The position numbers and the translations under genes were made by a program. The notes beneath the pieces are model-generated. The model saw nothing but the letters and a program-made list of their open reading frames with translations, was not told where the DNA came from and did no database searches. Shown here one piece after another: positions 44,254-52,885 of a stretch of 64,000 bases of DNA. Positions within the stretch are counted from its first letter, which is position 1; each line of letters starts with the position of its first letter. The DNA comes from Candidatus Babelota bacterium (lineage in GTDB: Bacteria; Babelota; Babeliae; Babelales; JACPOV01): contig JACPOV010000008.1 in the NCBI GenBank assembly GCA_016191325.1, positions 578,900 to 642,899 on the forward strand, in the 5' to 3' direction.

Positions 44254-44781
44254 CTAAGCAAGTTCTGCCCGCTCCGCGGCAAGCAAAGATTTTTTGCACT
44301 GAATTCCCCAGCGATAATTATTTATTTTTCCAGATTTGCGAATGACGCGATGGCAAGGAATCAGATAGGAAATATTATTTTTTGCAATTGCACTTGCAAC
44401 GGCGCGAGTTGCGGTTGGTTTTCCTAGTGCTTGAGCAATTTCTTGATATGAAACAGTGCTACCCGCAGGAATTTTAATAAGCTGTTGCCACACTTCGATT
44501 TGGAACGGAGTGCCTTTGAGTGCTACAGAAAATTTATCGCCATTATTTTTAAAAATTGCTTTAATGTTTTTTGCAATTTTATCTTGTTCAGGAATTAATT
44601 GCGCTTGTGGCCATTCTTTTTGAAGTTCAAGCAATCCTTGATTTTCATTATCGTGAAATGAAAGATGGCAAATATCCTGATCGATTAAACCAATCAGGCA
44701 CAAGCCAAATTCTGTTTTATGAAATCCGTAGTGAATTTCTAAATTTGTTTTATTTGCAAGAAGATGAATTTTCAGATTCAT
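44254..44781 (-). CDS. ogt: methylated-DNA--protein-cysteine methyltransferase
   Basis: Active-site IPCHRVI, the upstream GSTVSYQEIAQALGKP HTH region and the NNYRWG motif. Confidence 0.9.
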   Translation of the reverse strand: MNLKIHLLANKTNLEIHYGFHKTEFGLCLIGLIDQDICHLSFHDNENQGLLELQKEWPQAQLIPEQDKIAKNIKAIFKNNGDKFSVALKGTPFQIEVWQQLIKIPAGSTVSYQEIAQALGKPTATRAVASAIAKNNISYLIPCHRVIRKSGKINNYRWGIQCKKSLLAAERAELA

Positions 44782-45214
44782 TAATAATCCCCAGAAGATC
44801 TTTTTTTGCTTGATTCACATTGTCTCGCGCAGCTTGAATTTGGAGGAGAAAATTCTCAAATTCATATGCATTCTGATTAGCTACTTCTGCAACTTCTGCT
44901 TTTATTTCATCACTCAAACTGCCCTCATGCACTTTATATACATCATCAACATAATCCAGCATGCGAGCTGTTTTTTTATTGACTACATCTAAAAAGGGAT
45001 TTATCGCGCCATCAGAAAGCCCCTGACCGATATTACGTATATTATTGGAGTGAACTATATAGTTATCATTATTCTTTATTCGCTCATTTACCATCGTCAA
45101 CAGTTTGTTTTTATTATCCGGAATTTCTGAAGCAGAAATAGTAAATCGTTCAGCATTTGCAAAAATGGAAATAGAACTTGATAAAAAAACAACTGATAAC
45201 ATGAAATTTTTCAT
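44750..45214 (-). CDS. hypothetical exported protein (paralog pair member)
   Basis: Signal-like MKNFMLSVVFLSSSISIFANA. The C-terminal helix EVAEVANQNAYEFENFLLQIQA resembles EIAEVSNQYLTEYQSIIKA of the neighbour. Confidence 0.4.
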   Translation of the reverse strand: MKNFMLSVVFLSSSISIFANAERFTISASEIPDNKNKLLTMVNERIKNNDNYIVHSNNIRNIGQGLSDGAINPFLDVVNKKTARMLDYVDDVYKVHEGSLSDEIKAEVAEVANQNAYEFENFLLQIQAARDNVNQAKKDLLGIINESENSSSCK

Positions 45215-45243
45215 AATTTCCTTATTTTCTGAAAAAATATAAT

Positions 45244-45669
45244 TTATATTCCCTCAACAGACAATCTGCACGCTTTAATTATTGATTGGTATTCAGTTAA
45301 ATATTGATTAGAGACTTCAGCTATTTCTTCACGAGCTTCTTGCAGGTCTAAATTAGATATCGTCTTAATCTGATTGAATTTCTCTGTCAGATAATTAAAA
45401 AGAATACTGTTTTCAACGCTAACTTCTTCTTTTAAATAATCTTTCACTTGATCATCAGCGAGATATACCAAACCCAGTGTATTATTTGCCGCATCAATAA
45501 TAATCCGCTTTTTGTAAATCAACTGAACCAATTGATCCTTCGATAAAGAAACATCACTTGGTTTAATTAAAATGACCTCTGCAAGTACATCTGCGCGCAA
45601 TTGAATGCTCAATAATAACAGTGGAATCAAAAAAATATTATTTTTCATAAGCACCCCTAACTGGAACAC
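45244..45669 (-). CDS. hypothetical exported protein (paralog pair member)
   Basis: Signal-like NNIFLIPLLLLSIQLRA with a similar size and C-terminal helix to 44750-45214. The start may be ATG 45648. Confidence 0.4.
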   Translation of the reverse strand: MFQLGVLMKNNIFLIPLLLLSIQLRADVLAEVILIKPSDVSLSKDQLVQLIYKKRIIIDAANNTLGLVYLADDQVKDYLKEEVSVENSILFNYLTEKFNQIKTISNLDLQEAREEIAEVSNQYLTEYQSIIKACRLSVEGI

Positions 45670-45816
45670 AAATACGCTCAGGATTATCAGAAATTTTCAA
45701 TCTAATGGAAAGATAAAAGAATCTTATAAAAGCACTACTCCGCTCGCCTGCGAGCTACGAAGGGCATACTTCGCCTCTACTGGCTTTTGATTATTTATTA
45801 CAATCCATTAAAAAAA

Positions 45817-45868
45817 TGGCCGTGCCAGGCGTAGTTTGCCGAGCCGGAAGGCCCGGATAAACGTAGAC
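45817..45868 (-). repeat. family A conserved tRNA 3'-trailer element (copy A3)
   Basis: Immediately 3' of tRNA-Ser. It aligns with 36082-36134, has the stem-loop CCGGGCC-UUCC-GGCUCGG with a compensatory G:C to C:G swap, and ends in a U7 run. Confidence 0.6.
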
Positions 45869-45960
45869 TGGCGGAGAGAGAGGGATTCGAACCCTCGATA
45901 CCCTTTTCAGAGTATACATGATTTCCAATCATGCTCTTTCGACCACTCAGACATCTCTCC
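45869..45960 (-). tRNA. tRNA-Ser (anticodon GGA), CCA encoded
   Basis: 92-nt class II tRNA: acceptor GGAGAGA/TCTCTCC, anticodon stem CATGA/TCATG with loop TT-GGA-AA, long variable arm ATACTC-TGAAAA-GGGTAT, T-arm GAGGG-TTCGAAT-CCCTC and GCCA end. Confidence 0.9.
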
Positions 45961-46014
45961 GTACAAAAAGAACTGCCCCAGTATTTTGATACCAGGGCAG
46001 TTTTGATTACTTGA

Positions 46015-46893
46015 TTATTCGTCTTTTTTTGGACGAGGTTTGAACGCCGGTGCGCGGCGAGGTTTTGCTTCAGGAGCCTTTGGAAGATCTCCAGCTTTTT
46101 TACGTGTGCGAGCACGCTTTTCTTCTTCTTCGCTACCTTCAGCAGGCAACATTTGCGCATCTTCTTCGATTCTTGCTGCAGCAGCTGCGGCCGCTTGCTC
46201 TTCTTTAAGTTGAGCAGCTTTTTCTTGGCCACGAGCGACAGCGTCAGCTAAGTAATCCAACATAATGCGGATAGAACTTACTGCATCATCGTTTCCTGGA
46301 ATTGGATAATTTACCATTGATGGATCGCTATTAGTATCAACTAGAGCTACCACAGGAATTCCCATTGCGTTAGCTTCACGCAAAGCCGTTTGTTCTTTTT
46401 TCACGTCAACAAGAACAACCGCTCCAACTGGCATTGTGAAATTACGGATGCTGCCAACGTTTTTCATCAAACGGTCAACCATTTTTTGGTAAACGCCGTA
46501 TTCTTTTTTTGTGTACAGATGTTGATCAGACTTTGAAACAATATCTTCAAAATGAAGCAACTTGGTAATCGACTTTTTAACTTGAGAGTTATTGGTCAAC
46601 GTGCCACCAATCCAGCGATGGATTACATAAGGCAATTTTAGGCGTTGGCCAACTGTTGCTACCGGTTCTTGTGCTACCTTTTTGGTACCAACGAACAAAA
46701 TTGATTTTTTAGTTGAAGCTATCGATTCCAAAAATTGAGCGGCTTTTTCTAAGCGATCGCCTGTAGCTTTTACGTTAATCAAATGGATATTGTTGCGGTG
46801 CCCCCAAATGAACGGTTCCATTTTTGGGTTCCAGCGCGAGGTCTTGTGACCAAAATGCACGCCCGCTTCAATAAGTTTTTTTAAATCTATCAT
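46015..46893 (-). CDS. rpsB: 30S ribosomal protein S2 with Lys/Glu/Ala/Pro-rich C-terminal extension
   Basis: LIEAGVHFGHKTSRWNPKM, IHLINV and VDTNSDP are S2 signatures. The roughly 70-aa tail is low-complexity. Confidence 0.95.
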   Translation of the reverse strand: MIDLKKLIEAGVHFGHKTSRWNPKMEPFIWGHRNNIHLINVKATGDRLEKAAQFLESIASTKKSILFVGTKKVAQEPVATVGQRLKLPYVIHRWIGGTLTNNSQVKKSITKLLHFEDIVSKSDQHLYTKKEYGVYQKMVDRLMKNVGSIRNFTMPVGAVVLVDVKKEQTALREANAMGIPVVALVDTNSDPSMVNYPIPGNDDAVSSIRIMLDYLADAVARGQEKAAQLKEEQAAAAAAARIEEDAQMLPAEGSEEEEKRARTRKKAGDLPKAPEAKPRRAPAFKPRPKKDE

Positions 46894-47047
46894 GAGGAAA
46901 ATACCTTTCTGGGTTATTGCAATTGTTCCTTGGGTTATAAGCAGTTTCTGCCTATTGAACCACCCATTTTAAGAAACAAGGGATTAATAATAGTTTTATT
47001 CTAACAAACTAAACAAAAAATTCAATGCATACGGCCAACTATTGAGG

Positions 47048-48430
47048 CTATTCTTCTTGCCCTATAACTTCGTTAGCGGCAATAGCCTTGGTATAGCGAC
47101 GACCTAGCAACGCTGCAGTGATAACCCAGAGCAAAATGATCGAGCCGAATAACCCACTTGCAAAACCTGCGCCCGCACCCATGAAAACGGTCAGCATATT
47201 AACGCCAGAGCCGCTGCCCCGAGCCAATTTTGCTCCAAATGCATCAATCCAAGACTTCGATTTGAATTTAATCTCTTTTACCGTTGGGATGTATAAACTT
47301 TCCCTCACTGGCTGAGCAAACGCATAGTTAAACGATTTAACAAGCACGTATACCAATATGTTTGAGCTGAGAATGAAGTACCAAAGCAATCCACCAGTAA
47401 CTATAGGAATTAAAATAAGGCATCGTTCCTCGCCAAGCCAACGCAATAATGCGCGCGTACCGATAACTGAAATCAAAAATCCTATAAAATGAAGCATGAA
47501 CGCTTGCTCAAAAAGCTTAAAGCTAAAATCGGAAACGTTTGTGGCTGATGATTCAATAACGCCTAAGCGATGATATCCCAAAATGGTATTTACCATTTCA
47601 TAGAAGAAAAGCATCCCGAAAATACCAAAAACATACGGTTGCTTGATGAGCATAGAAAGACCAGTAAGTAATCCCACCTTACCACTCTCTTCCTCTTTTT
47701 TCTCATGGTCTTTTTCAAATTGGTAAACAGCTTCGTAACCATGTAAATAGCGACCAGGAACTTTTTTCATGAGAAAATAAATAACAACTGGCACAAGAAT
47801 TACCATACATGAAAAGAAACAGAGTAACAGTTGGTGATTAACCACATCGGTGAACATACGTTTGCCATCAGCAAAATGCCAACCTAAAAGCCACCACGCA
47901 AATCCTGCACTCAACATACCACCAATTTTTGACCCCGAAACCATCCAAGCATAATTATTTTTAGCAGTTTCCGGACTGTTTACAGAGTTAGCAAATGCCC
48001 AGAAAAGACTGACGACAAACGGCGCATAGCCTTCAACAAAAAAGTAGAAAAACCAGCCAAACAGCCTATTTGGACTTGCATCTGTATTTTGCAAACCAAT
48101 AAGTGAATCCCCTAAAACAGATGCACAAATAAACCCAACGATTCCATAGAAAGCTGCGTAAACATAGAGCAATTGATAGCGGCGCAAGCGATCTACCAGG
48201 TAGGCATAGAAAAAAATTGCAGGAATAAGTAAGAACGTTTCGAGAATTCGGGCAACAGGAACATATTCGCGCCCTACAATTGCCACAAAAATCGAATCGC
48301 GAAGCTCTTTAATAAGTGTATAAGAACCAATAACTAAGAAAAATGACAAGCTCAACAGCAGAAATTTTAATCGCTCGTGCTTATCTTGCCCTACCGCAGC
48401 CATAAAGCTCTGCGCATATCGCATAATCAT
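47048..48430 (-). CDS. ATP/ADP translocase (TLC/NTT nucleotide transporter family), paralog 2
   Basis: 12-TM profile. The N-terminal ERLKFLLLSLSFFLVIGSYTLIKELRDSIFVAIVG follows the TLC pattern (E.KKF......F....NY..LR..KD..VV). Confidence 0.8.
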   Translation of the reverse strand: MIMRYAQSFMAAVGQDKHERLKFLLLSLSFFLVIGSYTLIKELRDSIFVAIVGREYVPVARILETFLLIPAIFFYAYLVDRLRRYQLLYVYAAFYGIVGFICASVLGDSLIGLQNTDASPNRLFGWFFYFFVEGYAPFVVSLFWAFANSVNSPETAKNNYAWMVSGSKIGGMLSAGFAWWLLGWHFADGKRMFTDVVNHQLLLCFFSCMVILVPVVIYFLMKKVPGRYLHGYEAVYQFEKDHEKKEEESGKVGLLTGLSMLIKQPYVFGIFGMLFFYEMVNTILGYHRLGVIESSATNVSDFSFKLFEQAFMLHFIGFLISVIGTRALLRWLGEERCLILIPIVTGGLLWYFILSSNILVYVLVKSFNYAFAQPVRESLYIPTVKEIKFKSKSWIDAFGAKLARGSGSGVNMLTVFMGAGAGFASGLFGSIILLWVITAALLGRRYTKAIAANEVIGQEE

Positions 48431-48503
48431 TCAACGCCCCTATGAATTTTATAAAAGAACACTTTTCTCATTTCACCCAGATGCTGCTTCAAGCGGTATT
48501 TCT

Positions 48504-48535
48504 TGGGGGTCCCAGGAACTCTTGTTTACTGGGGG
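48504..48535. repeat. family B GC-rich hairpin repeat (copy B4, inverted, shorter)
   Basis: The reverse complement ccccagtaaacaagagttcctgggaccccc fits the ccccaN..ggg(a)cccc frame. It lies between the two transporter genes. Confidence 0.4.
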
Positions 48536-48537
48536 TA

Positions 48538-48582
48538 AAAAAAGGCCTTCTAAACTCTGGTGAACTTAGAAGGCCTTTTTCA
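48538..48582 (-). terminator. intrinsic terminator between the two NTT genes
   Basis: 12-bp stem aaggccttctaa / ttagaaggcctt. On the minus strand it is followed by ttttttt. Confidence 0.65.
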
Positions 48583-48608
48583 AATTACATACACACCATC
48601 AACTGCAC

Positions 48609-50018
48609 TTAGACAACAACACTCTTTGCATCAACCGCTTTTTTGAAGGTACGGCCGAGGTAAATAGTAATTGGAATCCAGAAGGCAATAATACCTAGTG
48701 ACGCAAAAGTACACATCATAATGAATTGATCAAGGCCAGCTATAGCGCCATATTTTTCAATGAACGTTTTACGCCACAAGTTAACACTTGAGCCAAGTGC
48801 CTTAGATCCACGAGAACCATACATTTCAATGAACGCCTGCGATTTATATTTCGCATCTTTGGTCGTTGGAATGTAAAGTTGCTTCATAGATGGTTGGTTC
48901 AACGCATAGTTGACCGCTTTTGAGAATACCATGATCCAGAAGAGCACACTTACGATTGGATACGCTTTAAACGTAAGAACCGCGACTGCAACCAAAATAG
49001 GAAGCAATGCCAATGACGCACCAAGGCCAAGTACACGTTGGATCTTATTAATGCCAAGCGCAATGCTCAACATAGAAACTACACCAACCCATGAACCATA
49101 AGCAGCCAAATACTTTGTCAGCTCATGTTGAACAGGAAACTGAGCAGTTGCCAATGTCTTAAAGTTGAAATCTAATACGGTAACAATTACTTCGTAGAAC
49201 GAGATAATTGCAAAGATTGCAAGCAAGTAACCTGAAGAGAAGATAAGGCGCAATCCTTCAAAGAACCCAGGTTCTGAATCGTGCTTCTTATCGCCTTTTC
49301 CATGGTAACCAACAAGTTGTTCTTTAGGAATTGAGGCCATGAAAATCTTTACAAGTAGCATAATCAATCCCATAACAATTGCAGCACCTGCAACTGCGCC
49401 AGAGTGGATCAATGCGCTATGAGCTGCAGCGCCAGCTGGCAATTCGCCTTCAGCTGTCAACTCAAAATTAGCGAATTTATGCATAATGAAATAAAGGGCA
49501 AGCGGACCGAAAATATTTCCAAGTTGTCCGCCGAAAGCTACGACCGGATAACCACGTTCAGCAGAATCGGGCTGCGTGGTGTCCGCTGTGAATGCCCAGA
49601 AAAGAGCAACAATCAACGAACCAAAGCTCTCAACATACACGTACCATGCCCATCCCCACAGATTATCAGGACGTGCACCAGCACTTAATCCGACAGTCGA
49701 ATGGTTCATAAGAAGTGCAAATACGATCGCAAGAACACCGTAAATGGTGCACAGAGCATAGAACATTTGCTGACGAGGGAACATATCAACTAATTTTGAA
49801 TAGATCAAAACAAGTGGAAATACTACGACCAATGAAAGCATTTTTGCTCGTGGAATGTAGTCAACGCCTACTACCGCTTGAAAAATAGAGTCTTTGAGCG
49901 GACGCAAGAACCAGTACACACCGATCACCAACCCAAAGATCAAGGATAGAAGGCCAAATTTTTTCAGCTCCCCTTCTTGAAAATCTCCCCACCACCACCG
50001 AGCAATTTTGGTAAGCAT
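48609..50018 (-). CDS. ATP/ADP translocase (TLC/NTT nucleotide transporter family), paralog 1
   Basis: GELKKFGLLSLIFGLVIGVYWFLRPLKDSIFQAVVG N-terminus, a 12-TM profile and conserved blocks shared with 47048-48430 (e.g. FWAFxA, LYIPT.K..K(Y/F)KS(Q/K)..I(E/D)..G). Confidence 0.85.
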   Translation of the reverse strand: MLTKIARWWWGDFQEGELKKFGLLSLIFGLVIGVYWFLRPLKDSIFQAVVGVDYIPRAKMLSLVVVFPLVLIYSKLVDMFPRQQMFYALCTIYGVLAIVFALLMNHSTVGLSAGARPDNLWGWAWYVYVESFGSLIVALFWAFTADTTQPDSAERGYPVVAFGGQLGNIFGPLALYFIMHKFANFELTAEGELPAGAAAHSALIHSGAVAGAAIVMGLIMLLVKIFMASIPKEQLVGYHGKGDKKHDSEPGFFEGLRLIFSSGYLLAIFAIISFYEVIVTVLDFNFKTLATAQFPVQHELTKYLAAYGSWVGVVSMLSIALGINKIQRVLGLGASLALLPILVAVAVLTFKAYPIVSVLFWIMVFSKAVNYALNQPSMKQLYIPTTKDAKYKSQAFIEMYGSRGSKALGSSVNLWRKTFIEKYGAIAGLDQFIMMCTFASLGIIAFWIPITIYLGRTFKKAVDAKSVVV

Positions 50019-50390
50019 ATATTCCTCTCTTTACCCAAATTGTTAAAAAGATGTAAAAAAGAACAGTATTAACGTGTTGTTACTTTAGCAAAAGATTCAG
50101 CATTTGTAAAAATAATATGCATAATCTCACTTCAATTGACCACTTTCTCTATATTGAGTGCGCTCCTTTTCTATTTGTATAAGAATAGCCGGTCTCCTTA
50201 TTTTTTTAAGCTCATTTTCAAAGTTTACTCATTACACTTATTTTGATAAAATTATAAGCAGAATAGATTACTTGTTCTACAAGACAATGCAATATAGCTT
50301 AAGCAAATTTTATACATTTTAAATGCTGTGCGCTATGCGCACCCCAAAATTGCCCAGTTTGAAATAAATCCTCAATAGAGTGAGAGACCA

Positions 50391-52829
50391 ATGACACTAG
50401 AAGAAACAAGCTTAATGGAGACCTCTTCAGAACAACCTGTAGGTTCTGTACTCCCTTTGCTGCCGCTTAAAAATATCATCATTTTACCCAGAAGCTTACA
50501 CCCCATCATAGTAGGCCGGCCTCAATCTATAAAAGCAGTTGAATATGCCCTACAACACGGGAAAGCGCTTTTTATTTCTACCCAGAAAGACCCGAATGTT
50601 GAAAACCCGACAGCGGATGACGTTTTTATTTATGGTACCCGTGCTACTATCTTGCAAATTGCCCGCGTAGCAAATGGTTCATTAAAAATAGTTGTGGAAG
50701 GAATTTGCCGTGCCCGCATGGCTGGTACTGAGCAGCTTGATGGGTTTTTGGGTGTGCACTATGAAGATTTACCAACAACTTCTCTTGAAAAAACGGTAGA
50801 AATTGAAGCTCTCTGGCGCCATCTAAAAAAGCTTTATGAGGTATATACTAAATTAAATGATAAAGCGCCCACTGAACTCGTCAGCATGGCAAAAAACATC
50901 GATGATATGGATGCGATAGCCGATACGATGGCAGTGCATTTAAATTTATCGTTCTCAGATCGCCAAGATCTTCTTGAAACAAATGATCTTAAGGACCGGT
51001 TGGTAAAAATCTGCACCTTCCTTGCAAAAGAGATCGAAATTTTAGAAACAGAACAGCGCATCGGGGGCCGTATTCAAACGCAGGTTGAAAAAAGCCAGCG
51101 CGAATACTACCTGACTGAAAAAATGAAAGCGATCCAGAAAGAGCTTGGGCGCGATGATCATTCTACCGAGATCAATGCAATTCGCTCAAAAATAAAAACG
51201 CTCGGCCTTTCAAAAGAAGCCCAAGAAAAAGTTGAGAAAGAACTGAAACGCTTAGAGCAAATGCCGCCACTTTCTTCTGAAGCGGTTGTTTCGCGCAGTT
51301 ACGTAGATTGGATCATTTCACTCCCATGGAAGAAGTTCAGCAAAGATACGATTAGCCTTGCAAATGCTGAAAAAATATTAAATGAACAGCACGCAGGCCT
51401 TAATAAAGTAAAAGAGCGCATTATCGAATTTTTGGCAGCTAAAAAATTCTCTAAAAACATGGAGCGTTCTCCTATTATTTGCCTTGTGGGGCCTCCTGGC
51501 GTTGGCAAAACATCGCTCGCGCAGTCGCTTGCTCAAAGTTTAGAGCGTGAATTTGTTCGCATTTCACTCGGCGGTATTCGAGACGAAGCGGAAATCAGGG
51601 GACATCGCCGTACTTACGTTGGCGCGTTACCTGGCAAAATTATTCACGCAATGCGTAAAGCAAAAACGATTAATCCGGTAATATTACTTGATGAAATCGA
51701 TAAAATTACACGGGATTTGCATGGCGATCCTGCTGCTGCATTGCTTGAAGTACTCGATCCGGAACAAAACAAATCGTTCTCTGATCACTTTCTTGAAATC
51801 GAATATGATCTTTCAAAAGTTATGTTCATCGCGACAGCCAATATGATTGAAGGAATTCCTTATCCACTTTTCGATCGTATGGAAATTATAACCCTTCCTG
51901 GATACACGGAAGATGAAAAAGCGGAAATCGCGTATCACTTTTTGGTTCCTAAAAACCTCAAAGAATACAGCCTCACTTCTGAACAATTTGTATTGAGCAA
52001 TGAGCTTATGCATTATATTATTGCGCATTACACAAAAGAAGCGGGAGTCCGCCAACTTGAACGTGTCATCGCTAAACTGATGAGAAAAGTTATTCAGCAA
52101 CTTCTGCATGATAAAAAACTCAAATCGGTAACGATAAATCATCAGCTGATTAAAGAATGGCTCGGTTCGCAAAAATTCAAAAAAACGGTTCTTGATCAGG
52201 CACGCCACCGCATTGGATTGGCAACCGGTCTTGCCTGGACAGAATTTGGCGGCGATATTCTTGAAATTGAAACAACCGTTATCAGTGGCAAGGGCGGGCT
52301 AACACTTACTGGGCAATTAGGCGAAGTGATGCAAGAATCTGCGCATGCAGCATTAAGCTATATTCGTTCCCGAGCATCTGAACTCGGATTGCCACCAGCA
52401 TTTTATTCATCGAAAGATGTACACGTTCATATTCCAGAAGGATCGACTCCTAAAGATGGCCCTTCTGCTGGTATTACTATGTGCGTTGCACTCATTTCTG
52501 CACTCACCAAAAATCCAACGCGCCCTGAAGTGGCAATGACGGGAGAAGTTACTCTACGCGGACGCGTGCTTGCAATTGGTGGTCTTAAGGAAAAGCTCAT
52601 CGCGGCGCAGCAACACGGCATGAAGAAAGTACTCGTTCCAAAGGAAAACCAAGATGAAATGGAAGAGATTCTTAAAGAAGTAAAATTAAATCTTGAAATC
52701 ATTTTTGTAGAAACGATGGATGATGTTCTCGTTCAAGCGCTCGTTAATAATCCGTTCAAAAAAGTAAGTACGGCAAAAAATAATGAGATAGAGCGCAAAA
52801 CGATTAAAAGATTGAGAAGAAAAAAATAA
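50391..52829 (+). CDS. lon: ATP-dependent Lon protease
   Basis: LON N-domain (LPLLPLKNIIILP), AAA+ GPPGVGKTS / LLDEIDK, and a protease domain with PKDGPSAG serine and the catalytic Lys region. Confidence 0.95.
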   Translation: MTLEETSLMETSSEQPVGSVLPLLPLKNIIILPRSLHPIIVGRPQSIKAVEYALQHGKALFISTQKDPNVENPTADDVFIYGTRATILQIARVANGSLKIVVEGICRARMAGTEQLDGFLGVHYEDLPTTSLEKTVEIEALWRHLKKLYEVYTKLNDKAPTELVSMAKNIDDMDAIADTMAVHLNLSFSDRQDLLETNDLKDRLVKICTFLAKEIEILETEQRIGGRIQTQVEKSQREYYLTEKMKAIQKELGRDDHSTEINAIRSKIKTLGLSKEAQEKVEKELKRLEQMPPLSSEAVVSRSYVDWIISLPWKKFSKDTISLANAEKILNEQHAGLNKVKERIIEFLAAKKFSKNMERSPIICLVGPPGVGKTSLAQSLAQSLEREFVRISLGGIRDEAEIRGHRRTYVGALPGKIIHAMRKAKTINPVILLDEIDKITRDLHGDPAAALLEVLDPEQNKSFSDHFLEIEYDLSKVMFIATANMIEGIPYPLFDRMEIITLPGYTEDEKAEIAYHFLVPKNLKEYSLTSEQFVLSNELMHYIIAHYTKEAGVRQLERVIAKLMRKVIQQLLHDKKLKSVTINHQLIKEWLGSQKFKKTVLDQARHRIGLATGLAWTEFGGDILEIETTVISGKGGLTLTGQLGEVMQESAHAALSYIRSRASELGLPPAFYSSKDVHVHIPEGSTPKDGPSAGITMCVALISALTKNPTRPEVAMTGEVTLRGRVLAIGGLKEKLIAAQQHGMKKVLVPKENQDEMEEILKEVKLNLEIIFVETMDDVLVQALVNNPFKKVSTAKNNEIERKTIKRLRRKK

Positions 52830-52847
52830 AACTATTAAAAGATACAA

Positions 52848-52885
52848 AAAGGCGGCTATAGAAATTTCTATAGCCGCCTTTTTAT
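52848..52885. terminator. bidirectional intrinsic terminator (lon / P-type ATPase)
   Basis: Perfect hairpin ggcggctatagaaatttctatagccgcc (52851-52878) flanked by an A-run and a T-run. Confidence 0.7.

Noticed and set aside
45798-46232. 144-aa Lys-rich ORF overlapping tRNA-Ser and the 3' end of rpsB
   Set aside because: It is an alternative frame of the rpsB low-complexity tail and runs through a tRNA gene and a repeat. It is not plausible as a CDS.
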